A DNA stretch of 64,000 bases from Terriglobia bacterium. GTDB taxonomy: Bacteria; Acidobacteriota; Terriglobia; 20CM-2-55-15. The stretch is taken from positions 352,001 through 416,000 of the forward strand of contig CBDAOY010000009.1 of the NCBI GenBank assembly GCA_965198225.1, in the 5' to 3' direction. The number at the start of each line of letters is the position of its first letter. The stretch's first letter is position 1. A program made the position numbers and the translations under genes. Under the pieces are notes generated by a model that had not been told where the DNA came from, searched no databases, and saw only the letters and a list, made by a program, of their open reading frames with translations. This document shows positions 55,246 through 64,000 of the stretch, piece by piece.

Positions 55246-55428
55246 CTAGCCCGCATTTCTCACGAGTGGTCTGCTGCAGCGCCGGATCCATCCGCCATTA
55301 CTGCGTTGCGCTTGGTCGGCCTCCTCAGCGTACTGTCAAGTACGCCTGCGTCGCCCGACCGGCGCGCGCCTTGTCCTGACGGCGCCTCCGACGCTTCGCG
55401 ACGACAACCCGCGAGAAATGCGGGCTAG
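55246..55428. mobile_element. MITE bounded by CTAG (third end family)
   Basis: ctagcccgcatttctc ... gagaaatgcgggctag perfect 16-bp inverted ends, with internal hairpins (gcgtact-gtca-agtacgc). Confidence 0.85.
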
Positions 55429-55462
55429 GGAAGCAGCTTCGGAGCTATCCGGACACAGTCCC

Positions 55463-55924
55463 TCAGATTCGTTTGTAACTGCCGTCAAACAGCGTGTTCC
55501 AGGCGGCACCATCCTGAGACATTTCCATTCTCGTCCGCAGGTTTCCGGGATCCCCCAGCTCTTGGATCATGCGCGCGTGCATCCCGGGGCCGCCATGAGC
55601 GAGAATCAGGCTGTCGCCATCCAAACGGCCCACGAAGACCTCTGGCGGTGACCCCATGCAGTCAAACCAATGGAGTGTGTAGAGATCTTCCTTCGGGTCG
55701 AAGCTCATCACGCCGTGACCTGTAAAGGTCACCATTCCGTCCCGCTCCTGTTCGTAGTCGCTGATGAGGGCAAACCCGTTCAGTGCCAGTCGGCTCTTCG
55801 TCCTGCCAAGGGCAACGCCTCCCTTGGGATCCCACTGTGAAGGGTGCATGCGTTCCTCTCCTTCCCAGTGTCCCGCCAGCTTTTCCATGTTCAAGTGGCC
55901 GGGCACGGGCTGCGGCATCTCCAT
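55463..55924 (-). CDS. DUF1579-family protein
   Basis: LAGHWEGEE, FTGHGVMSFDP, WFDCMG; start MEMPQP at 55924. Confidence 0.8.
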   Translation of the reverse strand: MEMPQPVPGHLNMEKLAGHWEGEERMHPSQWDPKGGVALGRTKSRLALNGFALISDYEQERDGMVTFTGHGVMSFDPKEDLYTLHWFDCMGSPPEVFVGRLDGDSLILAHGGPGMHARMIQELGDPGNLRTRMEMSQDGAAWNTLFDGSYKRI

Positions 55925-56055
55925 GACATACCCCCTTTCTTGAAAACAGTTGCTGTCAGTCCGCCGTCTCGGCGTCCTTCGGCCAGTGTGGGGCCGGGTT
56001 CCCTGACCAGACCCACGCGATGAAGTCCACAAGCGGCGGCTCTCCTTCGAGTTAC

Positions 56056-57405
56056 TTATCTGAAGCTCAAGCCGCTGAAGTCCCGCCCCCCTACCATGAT
56101 GAAGATCGGGCCGAACAGGTCGTCGATATCCTCGTCCGGTCTGCCGCGGACGGCGATCAGGTCGGCGAACTTTCCTCGCTCGATCGTCCCCACCTCTTCA
56201 TCGATTCCGACGACCTCGGCGGCAATCCCCGTCGCCGCCGTGATGGCTTCCAGCGGAGTGAATCCCGCATCGACCAGGTTGACGATCTCCAGGGGCAGGA
56301 TACCTTGAATGTTGTCGGTTCCGACCGTGACCAGAACGCCGCGGTCTTTCGCCCGTTTCAGCTCCTGCCAGCGAGCACGCACCGACCTGTCCCTCTCGGG
56401 CAAGGTCAGGCGGGCCTCCCGGACCACCGACCTGCTGCGCTCGAGCCAGTCCACGATGCCGGCCGCCTCATTGTCGACCCAGTCCCACTCGTCGTCGAAG
56501 AAGCCTCCGAAGCCGATGATGTAAGTGTTGACCAGGCCCGCGTCCTGTGCGAGGAACACGTCGATCAATTCGTCATCCAGCCCGCCAGCGTGCTGGATCG
56601 AATCGGCGCCGGCCTCCAGCGCCAGTCGGGCCGCCGCACCGCTGGCATGTGCCGTCACCCGGACACCCAGCCGATGGGCTTCGTCCACCGCCGCTTCGAT
56701 CTCGTCGCGGGTGAAATTCGAAGTCTCTTCCTCGAAACTGTGTCCCGAATTGGGACCGATCCGCAGGCCGTTGGTCACCATGAGCTTGACGTGGTGGGCG
56801 CCTGCTTCAACTTGCTGGCGGACCATCCGCCGGAATTCCCACGGGCCGTTGAAGAGAAGGGACTCGGGCGGACCGAGCCCTGCGGTCGTCGAAATCCACA
56901 GACCGCCGGGATAGATCCGCGGACCCGGAAACAACCCGTGTTCGACGGCCTGCCTGGTGTAGATGTCGATGTTCTGGGTTTCGCCGACGACGTATGCGGA
57001 TGTCACGCCCGATAGCAACTGGATGCGGAGGTTGCGCGGCACGCGGGTCATCTGACGGGTACCGGGCTGCGCCATCCCGGCCAGTTCCCCCTCGATTCCG
57101 GTGGAGTCCACGCGGACCGAGACATGGGCGTGTGCGTCGATCAACCCGGGCAAAAGCGTCCCGCCGCCGAGGTCAATGACCCGTGCCTCAGGGGGAAGCT
57201 GTAGGTCCCCGCTCGCACCGACGGCGTCGATCGTGTCGCCCCGCACAAGGACGACGACGTCCTCCACCACCGGCGCCCCGGTACCGTCAAGCATCCTGCC
57301 GGCACGAATCGCGATGACTTTTTCTTCCTGTGCCCATGCCGTCGGCTCTGCTAGTAGTAGCGCCGCGAACACGCCGAACAAGCGGACAAGCGAACTCAAT
57401 TTCAT
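56056..57405 (-). CDS. Secreted amidohydrolase-family protein
   Basis: LPGLIDAHAH, VTAHA, SIQH, GTD, GTIERGKFADLIAV. Confidence 0.92.
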   Translation of the reverse strand: MKLSSLVRLFGVFAALLLAEPTAWAQEEKVIAIRAGRMLDGTGAPVVEDVVVLVRGDTIDAVGASGDLQLPPEARVIDLGGGTLLPGLIDAHAHVSVRVDSTGIEGELAGMAQPGTRQMTRVPRNLRIQLLSGVTSAYVVGETQNIDIYTRQAVEHGLFPGPRIYPGGLWISTTAGLGPPESLLFNGPWEFRRMVRQQVEAGAHHVKLMVTNGLRIGPNSGHSFEEETSNFTRDEIEAAVDEAHRLGVRVTAHASGAAARLALEAGADSIQHAGGLDDELIDVFLAQDAGLVNTYIIGFGGFFDDEWDWVDNEAAGIVDWLERSRSVVREARLTLPERDRSVRARWQELKRAKDRGVLVTVGTDNIQGILPLEIVNLVDAGFTPLEAITAATGIAAEVVGIDEEVGTIERGKFADLIAVRGRPDEDIDDLFGPIFIMVGGRDFSGLSFR

Positions 57406-57531
57406 CACTCTCTAGCCTCCTCCGTCATTGACGATCCTTGTTTGCAGCGGATCGATCTTGTCAGCGAACCTTAGGAAACGCACGAGAATTCGCTCATCTG
57501 TTGGGGAACCATTTTGGGGGCCTTGCAGCTC

Positions 57532-57642
57532 TCACCGCATGAACAGGAGGTACGCGATCACCGCCAGGACTGCCATGTAGAGCAAGAGGCAGACCGGCAG
57601 AATCCAAACGGCCTTCAAGTCGCCTTCGGGATTGTCGTTCAA
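57532..57642 (-). CDS. Small single-TM protein (36 aa)
   Basis: TTG overlapping the upstream TGA; MNDNPEGDLKAVWILPVCLLLYMAVLAVIAYLLFMR. Confidence 0.55.
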   Translation of the reverse strand: MNDNPEGDLKAVWILPVCLLLYMAVLAVIAYLLFMR

Positions 57643-58094
57643 TACCCCAGACGAACGATTTCGCCTATAGGAACTCTGAAGTTCCAGTTGTTCGGGAGGT
57701 TTTCGAATCGGTAGCTGAATCGTCGGCTTTCGCCGGGGGCGAGCGGACCGCCGGGGGCGAGGGCTTCCTCTTCGGATTCCTGGATGGAGACGCCGTCGTA
57801 GTCGGTGAAGGTGAGTTTGAGCGCGGCCGAGCGCAGGGTTCGATCGGAACTCAGGTTTGTGAGCGACCCCTCGATAACACGGATCCTGTGACCGACGTAG
57901 TTCTCGCTCGTCAGGATTGCCAAGCGGGACAGGTCGACATGAGCGCGGATTTCGTCCGGATCGTCGATCTGGGTGAGTGGCTGCGCGCCGAACGACTCAG
58001 TCGCTTCAGTCGGCGGAGACGACATCGCCCAAAGACCCAGGAGGCCGAGAGCCACTACGATCGAGGCTCCAATGATGACTTGGGTCCGTCCCAT
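57639..58094 (-). CDS. Membrane-anchored Ig-like (DUF3426/FxLYD-like) protein
   Basis: N-terminal TM; IEGSLTN, PLAPGESRRFSYRFE, NWN. Confidence 0.7.
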   Translation of the reverse strand: MGRTQVIIGASIVVALGLLGLWAMSSPPTEATESFGAQPLTQIDDPDEIRAHVDLSRLAILTSENYVGHRIRVIEGSLTNLSSDRTLRSAALKLTFTDYDGVSIQESEEEALAPGGPLAPGESRRFSYRFENLPNNWNFRVPIGEIVRLGY

Positions 58095-58155
58095 TCGCTC
58101 TTCTCCGTATTCGAAGAGGATACGCCAATACACGCTGACGTGTCGATGAATGGGG

Positions 58156-59445
58156 CTACGCCGATCCGTTTTCCGGACCGACGATCACGAGTGAATAGTC
58201 GCTCGTGCTCAAGTATTTCGCCGCAACACGCGTGATGTCTTCAACGGAAACGGCGTCGATGAATGCCGGGTATTTCTGCGGGTAGTCGAAGCCCAACCCG
58301 TAGGCTTCGGCGTTGATCAGGAAACGTCCGACCTGGGCGCTGGTTTCGAAGGCAAACACGAAGCTCCCCGTCAGGTAGGCCTTCGCGTCTTCGAGTTCTT
58401 CGGCCGTGACCGGTTCGGTGGAAATCCGGTCTACCTCCTCGACAAAGCCCTCGATGGCGCGATCGACATTTTCCGGCGCCGTGCCGATGTAGGCGATGAA
58501 CTTTCCCGGATCGATTCCTGCGGTGTTGGTGATGCCGGCGAAAGTCGTATAAGCCAGACCCTGTTCGTCACGGAGTTTGTGCGGGATCCTCGCCGTCAGA
58601 CCAGCTCCGCCGCCTAGGATCGTGTCCAGCACCTGCAACGCGTAATAGTCCGGATTGGCGCGCTCGACACCCAGGTGTCCGAAATAGACGTGTGTCTGCT
58701 GGGTCGGCATCCCGATGGACCTGCGCCGGATCTCGTGTTGCCGTTCCGGCCTGGGAACCTCCGATACTTCCGTTTCACGGGGAACCCACTCGCCAAAGGT
58801 CTCTGCCAGCTTCCCGACGAGCTCCTCGGCCTGGAGGTCACCGACGATCGAGACGGTGGCATTGTTGGGGCGGAACCACTGATCGTGGAACTGCCTGAGG
58901 TCATCCACTGAAATCTTTTCGACCGTATGCGGGTAGCCGTGGACGGGCCGGTGGAGGGGGTGTGTTCCGTAGACCAGCTCGTTGAATTCCCAGCCGGCAA
59001 CAACCTGGGGACGATCCATCGCGCTTCGAATCTCGGCCAGGACCCTCGCTCGATGCATCTCGAGGCTTTCGGGAGCGAAACTGGGACTCGTAACGATGTC
59101 GCCCACCAGGTTCAGGCCAAGGTCCAGGTCCTTGCTGAGTACGCTGAGAAAGACAGCGGCCCTCTCGTACCCGCCCTCGCAATCGATCACCCCGCCGACC
59201 GATTCGATGGCGTCGGCAATCTCCAGGGAGGACCGCGTCGAGGTACCCTCATCCAGAAGCCGACTTACTATGACGGCCAGTCCTGCGCGCTCTTCGGGTT
59301 CATAACGCGCACCGGCGTGGAGGCTCATGTTGAAGGAGATCGCCGGAACGGATGGGTTCTCGATGAGGAGGAACCGGAGACCGTTGTCCAGAGTCAGGCA
59401 TTCGGGCTCGAAGGAGCGGGGGCCGGTGGCGGAATGCCGTTTCAA
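58156..59445 (-). CDS. M16B peptidase, non-catalytic subunit
   Basis: LDNGL, HPLHRP, RIPHKLRDEQGLAY; lacks HxxEH. Confidence 0.9.
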   Translation of the reverse strand: MKRHSATGPRSFEPECLTLDNGLRFLLIENPSVPAISFNMSLHAGARYEPEERAGLAVIVSRLLDEGTSTRSSLEIADAIESVGGVIDCEGGYERAAVFLSVLSKDLDLGLNLVGDIVTSPSFAPESLEMHRARVLAEIRSAMDRPQVVAGWEFNELVYGTHPLHRPVHGYPHTVEKISVDDLRQFHDQWFRPNNATVSIVGDLQAEELVGKLAETFGEWVPRETEVSEVPRPERQHEIRRRSIGMPTQQTHVYFGHLGVERANPDYYALQVLDTILGGGAGLTARIPHKLRDEQGLAYTTFAGITNTAGIDPGKFIAYIGTAPENVDRAIEGFVEEVDRISTEPVTAEELEDAKAYLTGSFVFAFETSAQVGRFLINAEAYGLGFDYPQKYPAFIDAVSVEDITRVAAKYLSTSDYSLVIVGPENGSA

Positions 59446-60731
59446 TTCCCGATCTCCGGCGCGTCCTCTCCGAGTAGCCAGGCGACGGTGCGATTCTGCT
59501 CTGAGAGATATCGACGGCAGACGTCGGAGATGTTGGCCGGATCAACCGCCGCCATTCGAGACAGGTAGCTGTCGACGTAATCGAGGCTGTCCAGCGTGGC
59601 AATCTGGCCCAACAGGATGGCCTGGTCCAGGTTGCGCTCCTTGGTCAAAACGAAATGCGCCTCGACCTGGTGCTTGGCACGGTCCAGTTCGTGGTCGCTG
59701 ACTCCTTCGGCTGCGACACGACCGAGTTCATCATGAATCGCCGCTTCGATCTCTTTCGGGGCAATGTTTCCACGGCCTTCAGCGCGGATGTGGAACAAAG
59801 TCGGATCCCGGGACTCGCCGTAGTCGGCAACGGCAAACGTGGCCAGTTGTTCGCGCTCCACCATGCGCTGATAGAGGCGGGAAGACTTGCCCTCGGCCAG
59901 AACCACCGAAAGGAGTTGCAGGGCGTAGGAGTCTTCGTGACCGATCTGGGGTGTATGGTAAGCGATCGCGAGTCGCGGGACGTCCGATCGCCAGCGCACC
60001 GTGATGCGCTTTTCCGAAGACTGCGGGGGCTCTTCGATCTCGACGCCGGAGGCGCCGGGTTGCGCTGGAATTGATCCGAAAGCCTCGACGACTTTGTCGA
60101 GCGCGGCTGCGGTCTTGAAGTCCCCGACCAGGACGAGCGTCGCGTTCCCCGGATGATAATGGGTACGGTAGTAGGCTTCCATGTCCTCCCGCGTGGTCCG
60201 CTCCAGGTCTTTCTGCCATCCGACGACCGGGTTTCGGTAGGGATGTCGGTCGAACGCAGTCGCGTTCAGTTCCTGCATCAGGAGTCCCCACGGCTGATCC
60301 AGCCCGGCTTTCAGTTCCTCGATGACGACTTTCCTCTCCGACTCGAATTCCTCGGAATCGAAGATGGTGTTGACCATCCGGTCCGCCTCGATCTCCAGGG
60401 CTCGCTCCCACCGGTCGGAGGCGAAGCTGAAATAGTAGGCGGTGAAGTCATAGGACGTGAAGGCGTTGTTGCTCCCGCCGTTCTTCATCGTCAGGAGATC
60501 GATCTCGCCCTTCTCGAACTTCTCGGTACCTTTGAAGAGCATGTGCTCCAGGAAGTGGGACCGGCCGGTCTCTCCCGGACCCTCGTTTCGGGATCCAACG
60601 CCGTACCAGATCATTGATGTCACGGTCGGCGACGTGTTCGATTCGCGGGCGAGCACCACGAGGCCATTGTCCAGGACCTCACGATGCACGTCGTCCGTGG
60701 AGAGTATGGAAGAGGGTGAAAGCTTCGACAT
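59442..60731 (-). CDS. M16B peptidase, catalytic subunit
   Basis: HFLEHMLFKGT, NAFTSYDFTAY, HPYRNPVVGW. Confidence 0.93.
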   Translation of the reverse strand: MSKLSPSSILSTDDVHREVLDNGLVVLARESNTSPTVTSMIWYGVGSRNEGPGETGRSHFLEHMLFKGTEKFEKGEIDLLTMKNGGSNNAFTSYDFTAYYFSFASDRWERALEIEADRMVNTIFDSEEFESERKVVIEELKAGLDQPWGLLMQELNATAFDRHPYRNPVVGWQKDLERTTREDMEAYYRTHYHPGNATLVLVGDFKTAAALDKVVEAFGSIPAQPGASGVEIEEPPQSSEKRITVRWRSDVPRLAIAYHTPQIGHEDSYALQLLSVVLAEGKSSRLYQRMVEREQLATFAVADYGESRDPTLFHIRAEGRGNIAPKEIEAAIHDELGRVAAEGVSDHELDRAKHQVEAHFVLTKERNLDQAILLGQIATLDSLDYVDSYLSRMAAVDPANISDVCRRYLSEQNRTVAWLLGEDAPEIGN

Positions 60732-61168
60732 TTTCGAGTTCTAATCCTCGCCCCGCCCTGGTCATGCGGTTCGCCGACCACCAGTTGAGCCGGAGCGCAG
60801 ATTAGCAAACGGCACCCCTGCTGTCAAATAAGCCCAATTTTAAGTGTGAGTTACGCCATCACTTTCTGCAACCGATCATTACCCGCTACGGCTGGGCCGC
60901 AGAGACACTACGACCATAGTATTACTGGCCCGCGGCGAGCCGGGCTTGATCTCGGCACGATTCAGCGAAAGAGGGTTTTGGACCGGTTGGATGCTGAAAC
61001 GGCGGCACGCAACACGCCATCTCCTCGAAAGAAACGAGATTGCTCTTCGATGTGCTCAGCCCTCTCGAAGTCGCCTAAGAGAGACCGGGCGCGCATCACC
61101 ATCACCTATGTACGTAGTATATGGGTCGGCTTGTTCCGCGTACCGGCTCCGACTGGCCTCCATCCCGT

Positions 61169-61576
61169 TCAACGACGTTTGCCGGCGACCTGAACCCGGA
61201 CGGCCGCGCGATTGAGGGCGGCGATAGCCCTGGGGTAATCGACATCCTCGCCACCTCCCGAGATCAGGGTGTCGGCGCGATCCCGAGCCTGGGTCGCACG
61301 CTCGACGTCTATCTCGCCGGCGGGCTCGGCGACATCTGCAAGGATGCGGACTTCGTCGTCGAGCACTTCCACGAATCCGCCCGCGATCGCGATCGAATGC
61401 GCCTCACCCTCGAGCGTATAGACGAGTTCGCCCACGTGCAGCTCGGAAAACAAGGGGGCATGGCCGGGTAGCAGGCCAAGGTAGCCGCCAAGGCCGGGCA
61501 CCTGGACTTCGTCGACTTTCCGCTGGATCAGGGACCGCTCCGGCGTAACCAGGGTGAGGTCCAGAGTCTCTGCCAT
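61169..61576 (-). CDS. atpC: ATP synthase F1 epsilon subunit
   Basis: LVTPER, GLLPGHAP, GGFVEV. Confidence 0.96.
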   Translation of the reverse strand: MAETLDLTLVTPERSLIQRKVDEVQVPGLGGYLGLLPGHAPLFSELHVGELVYTLEGEAHSIAIAGGFVEVLDDEVRILADVAEPAGEIDVERATQARDRADTLISGGGEDVDYPRAIAALNRAAVRVQVAGKRR

Positions 61577-61586
61577 TGTCGATTAC

Positions 61587-63056
<1,470 letters not shown>

Positions 63057-63908
63057 TCAAACGCTCGCACCGCTGACGACCTCGATGATCTCGCGCGTGA
63101 TGGCCGCCTGCCGGATCCGGTTCATGTTGAGCGTCAATGTATCGATCATTTCAGCAGCGTTGCGCGACGCGGTGTCCATCGCGGTCATCCGGGCGCCGTG
63201 CTCGGAAGCCACCGACTCAAGCAGAGCCCGATGGATCTGAACATCGACGTACTGCGGCAGCATCCGCGCGAATATCGCTGCAGGCGGTTGTTCGTATATG
63301 TAATCGATTTGCGATTCCTCGCCCTCGAATTCGCTCGAGCTCAGCGGCAGTAGGGGCTCGACGACGATTCGCTGCTGCAGGACCGATTTGAATTCGTTGT
63401 AGGCGAGGTAAACCGCGTCCGTTTCACGAGTGCCGTACAACTCGACGATCCGCCGGCCGATGGTTTGGGCGTGCTCGAAATCGAGCTTCGAAAAAATATT
63501 AATGTGCTCTTCTAGAATGCTCGCCTCCCGAAGGCGGAAGTAGTCGCGTCCTTTACGGCCTACGGCCATTATTCGCACATCCTGATCGGGGTGAGCCTTC
63601 AGGAAGTCGTGCGCGGCACGCGCGATGTTCGAGTTGAACGCACCGCACAGACCCCGGTCTGCAGTCACGACAACCAGCACCATCCGATGCTGCTCACGAA
63701 CCTCCAGCAGCGGGTGTGTCAAGCTCTCGGCCCGCGCCGCGAGGTTCCCGAGAACACGCCGCAGTTGATCGGCGTAGGGGCGCGCGGCAAACACCCTCTC
63801 CTGGGCGCGCCGCAGTTTTGCGGCCGACACGGTTTTCATGGCCTTCGTGATTTGCTGGGTGTTCTTGACCGAGCGAATCCGCCGTCGGATGTCGAGAAGG
63901 TTTGCCAT
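63057..63908 (-). CDS. atpG: ATP synthase F1 gamma subunit
   Basis: QITKAMK, DRGLCGAFN, RQAAITREIIEVVSGA. Confidence 0.98.
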   Translation of the reverse strand: MANLLDIRRRIRSVKNTQQITKAMKTVSAAKLRRAQERVFAARPYADQLRRVLGNLAARAESLTHPLLEVREQHRMVLVVVTADRGLCGAFNSNIARAAHDFLKAHPDQDVRIMAVGRKGRDYFRLREASILEEHINIFSKLDFEHAQTIGRRIVELYGTRETDAVYLAYNEFKSVLQQRIVVEPLLPLSSSEFEGEESQIDYIYEQPPAAIFARMLPQYVDVQIHRALLESVASEHGARMTAMDTASRNAAEMIDTLTLNMNRIRQAAITREIIEVVSGASV

Positions 63909-63917
63909 TTTGATCGG

Positions 63918-63977
63918 CTAAGTGTCGTTCTCCGCTTCTAAGCTCCGTTCTCGGCTTCTAAGCGTCGTTCTCCGCTT
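63918..63977. repeat. Three 20-bp tandem repeats derived from the end of atpA
   Basis: ctaagtgtcgttctccgctt / ctaagctccgttctcggctt / ctaagcgtcgttctccgctt. Confidence 0.85.
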
Positions 63978-64000
63978 TGAAGCGCTCCTTTGCTTCTGTG
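63958..64000 (-). CDS. atpA: 3' end of ATP synthase F1 alpha subunit (partial)
   Basis: ...TEAKERFKAENDA*; position directly upstream of atpG fits the conserved atpA-G-D-C order. Confidence 0.7.
   Translation of the reverse strand, partial: TEAKERFKAENDA

Noticed and set aside
60790-61168. Small ORF or ncRNA between atpC and the M16 pair
   Set aside because: A minus-strand 32-aa ORF (MACCVPPF...) has an SD but no recognisable features, and I see no convincing structure.

Overview
A 64-kb, roughly 60% GC bacterial chromosomal segment, most likely from an Acidobacteriota genome (inferred from the GWxTD protein, the WKEIA-type HTH/TPR regulator and the repeat families). Housekeeping genes include rpsU, pta, groEL (no groES alongside; perfect CIRCE), clpB, hsp20, queA, a cold-shock gene, mutT and atpA(3' end)-G-D-C. 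Also present are a GWxTD / outer-membrane barrel / PDZ-kinase / NtrC cluster, an AttEFGH-like ABC-lipocalin operon, three M16 peptidase genes, a ChlI-like AAA + VWA pair, an eroded IS256 and several CTAG-bounded MITEs/REPs. The most interesting region is 26.9-38.0 kb, all on the + strand: an RRE/PqqD-like-M50 peptidase-HlyD fusion; two tandem c-di-GMP-I (GEMM-I) riboswitch aptamers, the second with a non-canonical U at ligand-contact position 20; two micro-ORFs missed by the ORF track (MYGVIWV and MSENGVILIDIEIEELEQKIAPSGYLANDD); a membrane-sensor HD-GYP-GAF-degenerate GGDEF protein; and a 1681-aa pseudokinase-STAND-TPR-GAF-sigma54 activator. I interpret this as a candidate peptide-signalling / c-di-GMP feedback system. 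All calls come from reading the sequence; no searches were run.
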